A DNA stretch of 40,974 nt, taken from Octopus sinensis. Taxonomy: Eukaryota. The translations under genes and the position numbers were made by a program. The first letter of the stretch is position 1. Each line of letters opens with the position of its first letter. The stretch lies in the NCBI RefSeq assembly GCF_006345805.1, contig NW_021835336.1, positions 1 to 40,974 on the forward strand, in the 5' to 3' direction. Shown piece by piece: positions 1-14,384 of the stretch. The notes below the pieces were generated by a model. That model did no database searches, was not told the DNA's origin, and saw nothing but the letters and a program-made list of their open reading frames with translations.

Positions 1-413
1 TCTCTCTTTCTCGCGCTATCTCTCTCTCCATCTGTCTCTATCTCTTTTTCAATCTATATATATATAACACCTCACAACCAATAACAACTATTATGTATTA
101 CAAACGCACGTGCACAGCTACATCAAACATATTTGTTTATATGTATGTATATGCTAATAACGGGATTTTTTAAATCCATAACTTGCCAAAACGCACACAC
201 CTCAGTCTGTCATGGGTCAACCAACACGTTGGAATGCAAATAATCTCTGGAAATTTCTGCCTTGATGAAATACCCAGTTAACCAGTTTCAGTATGGAAAT
301 TTTAAATGAATTTAATTTAATTTAATTTAATTTAATTTTTCTAATTGATTTCGCTGGCTATGAAAACGGCTGAAGGGATAAGAATAAACTATGTATGTGC
401 GTGCATGCGCGTT

Positions 414-451
<38 letters not shown>

Positions 452-566
452 CGTGTGTACGTTGGGATTTTGCACCATATATATATATATATAGTAGTTT
501 AAAAGACTAAACACATTAATATATACTCAATACTTTTTTTTTTAAATACAACTCCGACTTTGTATA

Positions 567-806
567 TATTATTTCTTTACTACCCACAAGGGGCTAAACA
601 CAGAAGGGGACAAACAAGGACAGACAAACGGATTAAGTCGACTACATCGACCCCAGTGCGTAACTGGTACTTAATTTATCGACCCCAAAAGGATGAAAGG
701 CAAAGTCGACCTCGGCGGAATTTGAACTCAGAACGTAACGGCAGACGAAATACGGCTACGCATTTCGCCCGGCGTGCTTAACGTTTCTGCCAGCTCGCCG
801 CCTTCT
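567..806 (-). mobile_element. tRNA-derived SINE, family A (Deu/Nin-like central domain), full length, with 11-bp target-site duplication
   Basis: The reverse complement reads GGCGGCGAGCTGGCAGAAACGTTAAGCACGCCGGGCG...GTTCTGAGTTCAAATTCCGCCGAGG (A-box/B-box-like head), then TCGACTTTGCCTTTCATCCTTTTGGGGTCGATAAATTAAGTACC. Direct repeat GACTTTGTATA at 556-566 and 807-817. Homologous copies elsewhere in the window. Confidence 0.9.
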
Positions 807-1769
807 GACTTTGTATAAATAAGCTGTGTCAGGTTTTGTTGTTGTTTTTTTTCATGTTTGTGCGTGTGTTTAAATGTGTTGACATAAATGTATATGCAAG
901 TGGCAGTAATATTAAATATAGTATAGAAAGTAATACTTTGTTCAAGTCCAAGCCTAGCAGTGACGTCATTTGTTGCAAATATTCTTGCCATTTCTTTGTT
1001 TTTTTTTTCTTTTTTTTGTATACTATATCGTTTATAATCAGTTAATGCAGTTTATTTATATATTTAATAGTTTTTCTTGACAGCAACATCTTAACTATTA
1101 CGACTTTGTAATGTATATTGCGTGTGAGTTCATGCACGAATGTGTCTGTGTGTGTATATGTATATATAGATATAGATATATAGATATATGTATGTGTGTG
1201 TGTGTGTGTGTTTTCGGTGTGAATGGTTTTGTTACACGGCGCTGTATTTTACAATCCTGTAAATAATAATAATAGTATTTTTATATAAGCTTGAAGCTGA
1301 TGGCGATCACCGTGCAGTGACTAAGGAAAATAGTCTGATAAAGGGGCATATAAGCCCTCGACAGAAAAAAGAAGGCTGCGCGCACGAGTATGTGTGCGTC
1401 TATGAGTGCAAGTGTCACTATATCTGTGTGGGTTTACGTGTGTGTAATTGAGTAGGTGGATCATGCATATTTATGAAAAATATATAACGAAAGTATTACA
1501 TATCAGGCATACATTAACACACACACACGCATACACACACACACACACACACACATACACACACATACGCATATATATATATATATATATACGCACATAC
1601 ATATATGCATACATGTATACATATAAATATTTATACGATAATGACATCTTGTTCATGAGCACAAACACATTTATGTGTGTATATGTTTTTTGATATCTGT
1701 GTGTGTATATGCATATATATTTATATAAATATGTATATTAATATATATATACACGCATACATATAATAT

Positions 1770-1824
<55 letters not shown>

Positions 1825-2324
1825 ACACACATACACGTATATATATAATATATATAAAATATATGAACAATTATCATCAATATATTAAGCACATATATGT
1901 GTACACACACACACGCACACATACGTATGCACATACATAACGCATGCATTCAAATATATCTATAACATACGTATATTTGTATGCATGTATGAATCCAAAT
2001 TGAAGTAGCCTCTATGATGATGGTTTCGTGACACACCAGAAGAGACCCCTGGAAGTTGTGACGGCGAGAATCCCTTTAAGCCGGCACCAAATGGGCTGAC
2101 ATTACTGTCTCATATGGACATACCTTTGTTTACTGTAGATATCGTCACAGTTAGGGACACCAACATGGAGAACGGTGACATCATGGCTACCCCGAGGACA
2201 AACACCAACTGATAGTGATAAATCATGGTCTTTCTTTCTGATTTTCTTTGTATGTGTGTTAATAAATAAATACATACATACACACATATATATATATACG
2301 TATACGTATATATATATATGTTTG

Positions 2325-2355
<31 letters not shown>

Positions 2356-2391
2356 ATATATATATTAATATATATATGTATACATATATAT

Positions 2392-2427
<36 letters not shown>

Positions 2428-2823
2428 CATATATATACACAAACACATATATGTTTACATGTATATATATATATATATACATGTAAACATATATATGTGT
2501 TTGTATATATATATATGTATATATATATGTATATATATATAATATATATATATATATTATATTATAATAGAAGAGAGAGAGAGAGACGTATATTATAACA
2601 CATATTATATGTATATATGTAATATATATACGTTTGTGTATATATAATACAACATATATATATTTATACATATATAGAGAGATGATGTATATACAGACAT
2701 ACAAATGCACACATGCATTTATACGTATGTATATATAAAAAAAATATTTTTTGTACATAGTTGCGTGATTACCTGTTCTTGCGTATGGGAAGTTTATATT
2801 TACACACACATATACACACGCAT

Positions 2824-2861
<38 letters not shown>

Positions 2862-4181
2862 TTGTGTGTGTCTATGTGTGTATCTATGTATTTGTGAAAA
2901 CATATATATGCACACGCACACACACATACAAATACCCACGCACACACATAGACATACACATATTTTTATACATATCGTCGCTTGTGGAAGTTCGTGAAAA
3001 TATATGTTTACTTGGATGCGTGTGTATATACCAAGAGAAGAAATTGTATGTCTGCATGCACGAAACTCTTTGTGCAAATGTTTGCTGGTGTGTTTCTCTA
3101 TCGAATGAAATCGAGTGTCTTGCTCTATTTTCCGCTCTCTGTCTCTCTTCCTCTCTATATCTTTCATTCTCTCTCTTTCTCTCTCTCTCTGTTCTTTTTA
3201 CTCCTTCTGTCTCTTTCTTTCTTTCTCTTGTTAATACTAAATATTTCCTTGGATAAAATCCATTGTTGTTGCATACTTCTTCTTGTGTGTGTGTGTGTGT
3301 GTTTGTTTTTCATATATTTATTACGTTTTTGTCCAAAATATATAAAAGGTTTTCTGGGAGAACTTTAGTGTTATTCTCAAACTGAATTTCTGAAGATGCT
3401 GGTGATGCGGATGCTGTTAAACATAATTTATATAGACGTATCAGAAGACAGTTTCTTAGGATTTTGGTAAGTTGTTGGGCAGGATTAAAGTACATTCACT
3501 CTAGTCATGATGCCAGAGGGAAGCAAAACTTAATGTGAAGTTGAAAGAATTCTCGTTAGATAACGTGGCGATTTGTGTAAGTGATCTGGATATGTTTAAT
3601 TACACCCGGTCTTAGATTCAAAGAGTAATGGTTTCGAGTACATGGGTTCGAGACAGTTTTTTGCGGAGTTTGAACATTAGAATGGAAGCAATGACTAGAA
3701 TGAATGGAGTTCTCAGTTACAGGAATTATTTCCAGTGTTTATTGAGATATCTATAGTAAAAGAGGAGATATACTTATGAGAGAGATTGAGCGGATGAAGT
3801 TTCTTATTGCGAGGCCTTCTTGGCATAACGAAATTTCTGCAGTTATTGGAAGGTTGCATTTGATCTAAGGACAATATAATGCTAAAATTAAATTAAATTA
3901 AAATGAAGAAAGAAATTCTCAGAAATTTATTGCCTTGCATTTTATTTCAGTGCACAGGTTAAATTCTCTTTCCTTTTAAATATGTCGAAGTTTAATGAAC
4001 CAACTCAATATATTACTGGTATTTATTTGAACAATGGTGAACAGATTAAACATTACTCTTGGAACCATTTGGATTTGGCTTGAAAACGAATAAAGGCATG
4101 ATATATATATATATATATATATAATATATATACACCACACCAACACATATATATATATATAATATAATATATATAATATAT

Positions 4182-4239
<58 letters not shown>

Positions 4240-4288
4240 TATATATACATATATCATATACATATATATATATTTACATACACACACA

Positions 4289-4333
<45 letters not shown>

Positions 4334-4967
4334 ATAATATATATATGTATATAATCATAATTCTCTTGATCCTTTACTGCATTATCTTTGCTCTCAAATC
4401 AATAAGAAAATATCGACTTGTTTTTCATGACAAATGTTCGTGGAGAAATCATAGCTTTGTTTCGTTTTTCATTTTACTTACAATTTTTTGAAAAATAATC
4501 AGTTTCATCTTGCTACATGAAAATAAAATCCGAGAACGTAGAATTTAATTTTTATATATATAAATTTGTATTTTAAAGTGATAATGTTTTTTTTGTTACA
4601 TATATGATTTTACACTACAAAACAATTTTAATCCTTTTGTTTATGAACACATACTTGCAAATCTATAATCTGAAATGAGATTATAAATAATTAAACATGA
4701 AAATTGCATAAAAATAAATACGTTGAATTTGATGATGATGGCTTTACAGGGATTATAGTTATAGTTAAATAGAATCATATCATAGTGTAAAGTAGATTGA
4801 AATTGAAAGCTGCTTCATAAAAGAATTGAGACCGTCTGGAAGAAAGAAAATAAGAGAATATTTTAGCACGTATATCAATCTACAGCAGTTGTTCGAATGT
4901 TTATTGTACGTTACATAGAGATTATTATTTTAAATCTGGTTTACAAATAACAAGGGAACATTTACCG

Positions 4968-5198
4968 GTTTCTTTACTGCCCACAAGGGGCTAAGCAAAG
5001 AGGGAACAAACAAGGACAGACAAACGATTAAGTCGATTATATCCACCCCAGTACGTAACTGGTACTTAATTTGTCGACCCCGAAAGGATGAAAGGCAAAG
5101 TCGACCTGGGCGGAATTTGAACTCAGAACGTAACAACAGACGAAATACGGCTACGCATTTCGCCCGGTGTGCTAACGTTTCTGCCAGCTCGCCGTCTT
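4968..5198 (-). mobile_element. SINE family A, full length, with 12-bp target-site duplication
   Basis: Same head, core and tail as 567-806. GAACATTTACCG at 4956-4967 and 5206-5217. Confidence 0.9.
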
Positions 5199-5296
5199 GC
5201 TGGCAGAACATTTACCGTTGGGAAAACTCCATACTATGATTAGAGGCGAATATAATAAATAGTCCCAATCAATTTAAACTTTGATATATACGTGTG

Positions 5297-5302
5297 TGAG
5301 TA

Positions 5303-5394
<92 letters not shown>

Positions 5395-5395
5395 C
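5297..5395. repeat. (CT)n followed by (CTAT)n microsatellite
   Basis: Visible directly. Confidence 0.95.
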
Positions 5396-5927
5396 TCTCT
5401 TAAATGATGCCTAACTGAGAGGGTCAATCCACTTCTTATGGTATTCTTACTCAGAACTAAATTATTAATCACCTGAAGAAAACGGTTTTTTCATGATATA
5501 CTCGGACTATGCATGTTGGAGCACATTATTTAGTTCAGGGCGCTGTCTACTGGACTGTTAAATACATCTCAGATTCATTACTTCTCATCAGAACGAGATA
5601 CATACCAAGAAAGATAACTCTGAGCTGACTTGACAGCTTTGCTTTCTTTATCATAAATCAGACAGTACTATCGATTGATAAAGTACACTAATCGCCAGAG
5701 CGTAACAAATACGTGGCGAAGCGCATGAAGCAGTAACAGAATCAACACGATTGAAATATGTTTGAAATTATAAACAAGGAATTTTTCTTAAATTTGTATC
5801 ATTTTCGTCGCTCCTTCGCCCACCATCCCACGATGTTACTTTCCGGCCCGGCGGCCATAAGCTCATTTCTTTCTGTGTATGTATGTGCATTTGTGTATAT
5901 GTGTTTGTGCGTGTGTTTGTGCGTACC

Positions 5928-6096
5928 TTTCGTCCGTTTCTACGTTTTGAGTTCAAATTCCGCTGAGGTCGACTTTGCCTTTCATCCTTTCCGGGCCGAT
6001 AAAATAAATACCAGTTGAGCACTGGGGTCGATGCCATCGACTTACCCCTCCCCTGAACTTGCAGCAATTGTACCAAAATTTGAAACCATTAATTAT
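5928..6096 (+). mobile_element. SINE family A, 5'-truncated, alternative 3' tail
   Basis: GAGTTCAAATTCCGCTGAGGTCGACTTTGCCTTTCATCC...CACTGGGGTCGAT core, then a different tail (CCCCTCCCCTGAACTTGCAGCAATTGTACCAAAATTTGAAACC). Confidence 0.85.
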
Positions 6097-6184
6097 AGCT
6101 GTTATTATTGTCAACTCCGTTATCTCCACATTTTTCTTATCATTTCCTCTTTCATATCACTTTCTATAGTTGATGTTCTCGTTA

Positions 6185-6385
6185 CATTATAATCTTGCCT
6201 GCGTAAGCGAAAAAATGGTATTGTTGTCGCTCGTGTTTGTCTGTGTGTTTGCAAAATAACTGGAAAACGGCTGAACGGATTTTCATCAAATTTGACAGAA
6301 ATACTCATTGGGTTCGAACTCATTATTTTGGTTTGATTATCTTCAAAACTGGCGAACGGGCGAAACGACATGTTTTCTTGGTTGT
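6185..6385 (+). mobile_element. Possible non-autonomous Helentron-associated (HINE/DINE-1-like) element fragment
   Basis: GTTTGTCTGTGTGTTTGCAAAATAACTGGAAAACGGCTGAACGGATTTTCATCAAATTTGACAG resembles the recalled conserved block of DINE-1/HINE-type elements (short GTCT/GTGT repeat followed by ATAACT...AACGG...GATTTT.ATSAAATTT). Similarity judged by eye only. Confidence 0.45.
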
Positions 6386-6654
6386 GTATGCATAAACGAT
6401 AAGCAGAAACTTATTGTCCTTGCTGTTCATGCAGATCTTGGATGTGTAGAGTTCTCTGATTAACCAAAGTTAGAAGCCCTTCTATTTCAGCAGGACTATT
6501 AAATCACCCTTCATGATTTGTGGAACAAGAAAACTTGTATTTCAAGATTTTATTTTCGCCTTTATTCGATTCTTCTAAAGAGGTCCCTACACTATGTGTG
6601 TCTTTGTCCTTCTCATCTGTTCTTTTAGTGGCAAATGAAAATCACCGTAATCTG

Positions 6655-7240
6655 ATCATTATCATCTTCGTTGTCATCATCATCATCATCATCTTAATCA
6701 TAATCATCATCACCACCACTACCATAACCATCGCCATCATCCTATCGTCATCGATGTCATCGATCTCATACTCCTCTTCCTCGTCGTTATCTTCCTCTTC
6801 TTCTTCCTCCTCCTCCTCCTCTACATCATCATCATCATCAATAACAATAACAACATCATCTACGCCGTCGTTTTTGTTATTGTTGTCACTAACGTCTCAT
6901 CGCTAAGTTGTGTCATTTCGGTATTGTTATTCATGTTTTTGCTACTGCTATTGTTGTTGTTGTTATAGGTGGCGATGGTGGTGGTGGTGGTGGTGGTGAT
7001 ATTATTGTTGCTGTTATGATAGTGTTGCTGTCAGTTCGATCACTTGTTGTTGGATTTGCTATTGTTATTGTTGCTCTTATCCTTGTCTTTGTTGTTGTTG
7101 TTTTTGAAGTTTGATATTGTCATCCCCGTCAATGATGCTCTCAAGGAGTGATTGTCGTTGTTGTTGTTGTTGTTATCGTTGTTGTTGTTGTTGTTATCGT
7201 TGTTGTTATTTAACTTCTGTAGCTTGTTATAGCTGTTGTT
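6655..7240. repeat. Compound trinucleotide microsatellite (CAT/TCC/TGT/GGT)
   Basis: Visible directly; it produces the poly-I/S/V/G/N pseudo-ORFs in the track. Confidence 0.9.
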
Positions 7241-7355
7241 GTTCCTCTGACATTTCCTAGTTTGGCAAAAACTCTGAATGCTAGTTCCCCTGTTGCCATG
7301 ATAACCAAAGTAAATAAATAATTCATGCGTTTGCAATCATCAAGCGAGGCCAGGA

Positions 7356-7488
7356 ACTGTCATCGTGATGACGGTATTCACCCAGTTCTCCCCACCCCCA
7401 CCCGCGCCCCTACCACCCACCGCCCCTAACCCCTATCCCCTACTTCTCTTTTCTCCGCTGTCATCACTTTCATATGATATTTGAAGCC

Positions 7489-7524
<36 letters not shown>
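7356..7524 (+). repeat. Left arm of a spaced inverted repeat (partner 8776-9000)
   Basis: ACTGTCATCGTGATGACGGTATTCACCCAGTTCTCCCC...GATATTTGAAGCCGT(AG)nAAGT is the reverse complement of 8776-9000, apart from a ~20-nt indel in the C-rich part and repeat-length differences. Confidence 0.9.
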
Positions 7525-7684
7525 CTTGCCATATATGGAAGATTGATTGTCTGGAAATATTGCACTCTTTGTCCTCGTTCTTCGTCGATCCTCTGCTTCT
7601 CAGGATAACACGTGTGTGAATGAAACGATTATATATACGTATATATATATATGTATGTATATATATCATACATACATATATATA

Positions 7685-7717
<33 letters not shown>

Positions 7718-7729
7718 GATACATATAAG

Positions 7730-7770
<41 letters not shown>

Positions 7771-8774
7771 GCGTATATATATGTATATATGTATATATAT
7801 ATATATATGTCGTGTGTGTATATGTATGTGTGCGCATATATATATATATATATACATATATATACATATATATATATATATATTATATAACATTATATAT
7901 ACATATATATATATATATATACACTCACACACACATACATAGTATACATATACAAGCCTACATAAACACACGTATATTGTGAAAAGGTAAGGGGCCGCAG
8001 AAAGAAAGGAGAGAGACAGATAGAGATAATGAGAGTGATACGTATGTAAAATGTTATGTGTGTATACTATTGCATGTGTAGCTGTGTATACACTGTGATT
8101 ATATGTATTTTGCAGGTGCTTGTGCGTTTCCTTGTCTGCTTGTGTGTGTGTTTATGCGCGTGTGAATGTGTAGATAATATACGTATGTTTGTATTTCATA
8201 AATATGTGTGCGTATTTACGTATTTATATTTGTGAGAGTGTGGACCTGTGTGTGCGGCTAAGTATGGATGTGCACATTAATGTGTTATCCTAGTGAATAT
8301 AAAATCATTATGATTTGACTCCTATCCAATGACGATAGGTCAGAATAGTCCAGACTCTAATCTTGTTAACCCTTACTAATATATTAATTCAGTTCAGAGG
8401 TTGTCATCTTTGCGTAAGTTAACAACACACAGACAGACCTTGCTAACTTGCAGACACTACAGTTCTACATTCTCGTCTCCTATTGTCTCGAGTTAGTGTT
8501 AGTTTGAGACGGTTAGATTGGTTATTGGCCAGCAGACGAAAGTGCTTTACCTCTCACGCCTGTCTGGTGTTACACTGAACCAGAAACCATTTTCGGATAC
8601 CAGCACAAGTAAATCATGACTAAATAAATAAAAGACGGATGGTGAGGTATTAAAATAATTTGTTTTAAGTAACAAGAGGAAGCGAGTGTTTTGTCCTTGT
8701 TAATTCTGATTTTAAAATATTGTTGATAGTAATTTTTTGATTAGAGAGAAATTCTAAGTTAGCTTGTCACAGTT

Positions 8775-8775
<1 letters not shown>

Positions 8776-8839
<64 letters not shown>

Positions 8840-8850
8840 GGCTTCAAATA

Positions 8851-8885
<35 letters not shown>

Positions 8886-9000
8886 GGCTTCAAATATCAT
8901 ATGAAAGTGATGACAGCGGAGAAAAGAGAAGTAGGGGATAGGGGTTAGGGGCGGTGGGTGGCGGGGAGAACTGGGTGAATACCGTCATCACGATGACAGT
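8776..9000 (-). repeat. Right arm of the spaced inverted repeat (partner 7356-7524); G4-like tract on the + strand
   Basis: ACTT(CT)nACGGCTTCAAATATCAT (this piece present twice)...GGGGATAGGGGTTAGGGGCGGTGGGTGGCGGGG...CATCACGATGACAGT. Confidence 0.9.
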
Positions 9001-9283
9001 ATTTATGTCTATAAAACTCAAGTTTCCATATTACACGTACATAAAACTTCGTGATATTATACTTTAAGGTCACAAGTATAATACATTAAACACCTAAAGC
9101 CTTGCAGTTAACTGTGTTGTGTAAAATTCGTTGAAGTTTAAATCATTATCGAAACCAATGTTTTTCAAGGAGTGAGAGTTGTGAGGACTGAAAAGGGGCC
9201 AGACTAATTGCAAAGTTGAATAAAATTAAGATGTCTGCAAAATTTTAAGCTCGTCTAATATCATGGCGTAGAAAGAAGAATTA

Positions 9284-9513
9284 GGGCGGTGAGCTGGCAG
9301 AAACGTTAGCACGCCGGGCGTAATGCTTAGCGGTTTTTCGTCTGCCATCACGTTCTGAGTTCAAAATTCCGCCGGAGTCGACTTTGACCTTCATCTTTTC
9401 GGGTTTGATTAAATAAGTACCAGTTATGCACTGGAGTCAATGTAATCAACTTAATCCCTTTGTCCTTGTTTGTCCCCTCTGTGTTTAGCCCCCTGTGGGC
9501 AATAAAGAAATAT
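9284..9513 (+). mobile_element. SINE family A, full length, diverged
   Basis: GGCGGTGAGCTGGCAGAAACGTTAGCACGCCGGGCG head, core, and the GTCCCCTCTGTGTTTAGCCCCCTGTGGGCAATAAAGAAA tail. Confidence 0.9.
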
Positions 9514-10130
9514 AAAATAAAGAGACAGGAGAGTGTAAAAATGTTACAAGTATGTTGTTGGGGAAAGAGAGCATAAGTTGGAAATTTTAGTACTAGACAC
9601 AAATTACAAGTTAATAAGGTCGTCAGCATCTATGATGAGTAAATAACGAACTTTTAATTTTACTATTTCTTAGGAATGGACATTGTATTTATTTACTTTG
9701 AAATTAAGGTTTCAACTACATTCATATACGGGCTCTTAAACAACTCCTTGAAATGAGATATTTAAAGTTGGATTTCTTCTAAAAATGAACCAAATCTCTC
9801 CTATGGAATTATTTCTTTACCTGTGGGTAGCGTCACAGTTTTGAAATAAATAGAGGAAGATTGTATTTTTAAAAATCTTTGTATGTCAGTATTGCCTTTT
9901 CATTTGCATAATGCTTCTGAGAAATTCCAGTTGTGAATATTACTATTTTTCTACGGCAAACCTTGTTAGAGTATTCTACATTTACTTAGTAATTCTCTGA
10001 TTTTTAATTATGTAAGTATGCTAAAGTTTAGATTTGACGTTGAGGATCAAATACAAATGCACAATCATACACACATACATAAATATATAAATGTACACGG
10101 TGCTCTACATACGTAAATATATACATGTAC

Positions 10131-10178
10131 GCAGTGCTTCAGCATGACTGCAGTCACATGACTGAAACAGTAAAAGAA
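10131..10178 (+). mobile_element. 3'-end fragment of SINE family B
   Basis: GCAGTGCTTCAGCATGACTGCAGTCACATGACTGAAACAGTAAAAGA matches the reverse complement of 26920-26975. Confidence 0.6.
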
Positions 10179-10408
10179 TACACATACATACACACACACA
10201 CACAAACGCACACGTGCGCGCAAACAAACAAACACACACACACGCATGTATACTAGTACCCTAGATTGCATAACAATAACTAATAAGTTTCGTAAATCCC
10301 GTTTCTTTGAGCCGATATTGCACACCAGTGCAAGATAGCCACAAACATCGGCCGAAAGTATGTTGAACATACCACCCCCCCACACAAAACACATGCATAC
10401 ATACACAC

Positions 10409-10510
<102 letters not shown>

Positions 10511-10527
10511 TATATATATATATATAT

Positions 10528-10597
<70 letters not shown>

Positions 10598-11184
10598 GTA
10601 TATATATGTATAATATATACATGTATATATATATGTATATATATGTGTATGTATGTATATATATATATATATATATATATAGTATTAAACGCATGTATAA
10701 GTATGTATACATATGCCTATACACTGCTAAGTGTCCGTTTACGATGTTATTTTTTTTTTAATAAATGATCCATTAGCTATTTTGTCTGAGATAAACCAAG
10801 AATTAAAAGAAACAAAACATAACATAGAGGAATGGACTACAAACGGATAGAACAGGGAACAGACCCCCCCTACACACCCACACACACCTATAACCCCCCC
10901 CCCATCGCCACTCTCATCGGCAATTGCTTATTGATTAGCGAGAGTAAGTATTTTTCTATCTAATTATATATCTGTATAATTCTCATGAACAAGAAGGGGT
11001 AAGGGTTGGGGTGAGACGGGGGTAAGAAAACTTGCCTTTGATTAACTTTATTAATTAACTCTTCCTGAGTGTGTCACACCCCTTCACCACACATTTCAGA
11101 AGGACGCTCTGTTGTTGGTAATCGTTTGTTGTTCGTTGTTTTTATCTTTATTTTATTTATTAATTTATTATTTTTTAGCCTTAA

Positions 11185-11690
<506 letters not shown>

Positions 11691-14149
11691 GAAAACATTA
11701 TTTTATCATCATTAATCACCACCATTCTCATCATCACCGATGCCATCATCATCATCATCACCATCATCGTTGTTACCACCAGTGATGACGTTGCCGTTGT
11801 TATTGCTTACACAGTGAATTCCCAATAGCTGTTGATCAAATTGTGGAAATTTACGTTCGAATCAGCACACTTTCCCTGTCTGGTCGATATGCAGAAGTTA
11901 AGAAACAATATTTATTTATGTATGCTAAGTATTCTCTGTCCTCAAATTTAGGGGAGTTTGGTGGTGTTTGGAAGGGTTGGTGGAGAAGAATTGAATAAAA
12001 AACATATATGATTAAAAGAAATAATGTGTTATTAATTAGGGGATTACAAACCGTAAGTTAATAATGAAACATTAAGTAAATGTTCTCTCTCTTGAAGTGG
12101 TCCCCTTTATACTTTTATTCGGTTTTGTATATTGTTATTTATTCGAAATTTTTTGATGTGTGAAAAGGCTCGGCTGAAGGACTGTGTTTTAGTTTCATAA
12201 TTATATTTTTTCTTAGAATTTTGATAGCAGGATAGAGTTTTGTAATTCTGTAAGAATGAAGAACAGAGCGGAGTGGGGGTAGACATTTGGTGTTCACGCA
12301 AGATTAAACTCTCAAGAGATAACAGACCTCAATGTTCTTGGTGTTTATGGAAGGAACGGTGTGTAGGTATGATGATAAAAGATTGAGAAAGAGAGACAGA
12401 CTGAGAGGAAGAGAGAGAGAAAGAGACAGGATGAGTGAAAGAAAGGCAGAAAGAGAGAAAGAGAAAGAGGGTGAAATAAAGCGAAAGAATGAGTGGGAGA
12501 CAGAAAGGATGAGACAGTTAAACAGAAATGGAAGTGGACAAAGAAAACGAAAGAAGAAGCAGACACAGGGAAGGAGTGTAAGAAAATAAAATAGTTAGAA
12601 GTAAAAGAGACGAATCGAAAGATAACGGGAAAGATGAAATTTTGGTCAAACAGTCCTGGAATCTATAAAAACTACAAAAGTTGAGATCTTCAAGAGGAAA
12701 TGGAGTGGGGAAAATGGAGGAAAATATTGCGACAGATTTGCGGTTTGTGGTATTTGAAGGGTAATAATGACGTAATAGGAGTGACATGGTGGCATTCAAG
12801 CTGAACAAAATCTCGTCACGAACTTGGTGGGTATAAATACTGTGTGTGTATATGTGTGCGTGTGTGTGTATGTGTGTGCGCGTGAGCATATGTGTGTATG
12901 CTCGCGCTTGTATGTGCTTGTGTACATATTCATAAATGCTAATACGTATACATATTAATTTTATGTATTTATGTCAATATGAATATATAAACGCTTATAT
13001 ATATATATTTATATATCTGTGTGTGTGTGTGTGTGTTTGTGTGTGTGTAGTTCTAAATATTAGTGTGTGAGGGTATACTTGCGTTTGTGTGTTTAATTTA
13101 AATACTCGACTGGGATAGCGGTAGCATGGGAATTAAGGTGTGAGGACGAAGGTTCAATCTGCATATCAAATATTTAGCAACTCTCTCTCGCAAACATTCA
13201 TTCCATTAAAGTCCAAATTAGATCACACACACAATTTTTATGCAGCATGCTGGCTAACTGTGACACCAGTGATTTTCTAGTCATTGTCTTTTCTATCAGT
13301 AAAAGATAAAAGTACCTAAGAATGCGGTTGCTAGTGGTTACTTACTACTGATGAGTATCAACGAAACAAACCTAAATTTTACAAATCCATCGCCGTTGCT
13401 GGATGCTTTTCATCTTCTAATGATATGTTTCAGAACTTTGAGGCTTTTAACAGTGTACATATAAATTAAATGTTTTCTTACGAGGAATGCCATCGTTTTC
13501 TGATATTCTACAATACACGCACGTCAGTTAAGATAGTATTATGTATAATATCGTTGTTTCCTGTCCAAAGTAGCCACTTGCCTTTGTTCGAAGATTTTCA
13601 TTTCCTCTCAAACATATTCAACCTTACAAGGAATAAATAAAGTAGCGTTCCTTGTTTGGATGAGACTGATAAATATCAGACGAATATTTTTTCTTGCATT
13701 CCCCTTTTTCTTACTTAAGATTTTAGTTGTATTTTGTAATTTTCTCATTTAATTTGACTAAAGAATAAAAGTTCGACTGAAATCAAATAAGCATTGATTT
13801 ATGAGATAAAGTCTGGTAACCAAACAAAAGAGCTCGAATTAAGCACTTAAATTGTTATTGAAGTGCGTGTTTGTCCATTCTTATATTAACAGATCAATAT
13901 TCATTGTTATCATATGGATAACGAATGTCTCACATCTGCCACCTTTACTTCATGATATCCTTATTTTCTGGATTGTTATTTCTTGTCAAATTTCATGAGA
14001 CCCATATACCTTATGCCAAAAAGAACAACTACGAAGTCGCATGGCCTGCTTCTCTTACTAACCAAGGTTGTCTGCGCTTCCCTGTGTTGTAGACATTAGT
14101 TAAGGTTGCCCAGGGCTTAAATCATTATTATTATGATTATAATTATAAT

Positions 14150-14209
<60 letters not shown>

Positions 14210-14384
14210 AAGTCGTAATTAGCAGCAGCAGTAGTAGTTGTTGTTGTCGTCTTGGTCAATGTTTGTTCAACGAGGGTTTCTTGTACATCGTGAGACAGGG
14301 TGACGATGTCCAAGACACATCGGGACCTATTGCCGTAAAGACTTCACCGATTCGCTGCCTTCGTTTTGAAAATAACCCACTAAA

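Noticed and set aside
3340-3870. Complex stretch with a TTTG|GTAAGT donor-like site near 3467
   Set aside because: Stops occur in all frames over short distances and there is no recognisable peptide; I cannot call it an exon or a TE.
13349-13372. CTGATGAGTATCAACGAAAC, a perfect hammerhead core word pair
   Set aside because: Helix II is only 2 bp, and no GUH with pairing helix I or III strands exists in type I or type III order.
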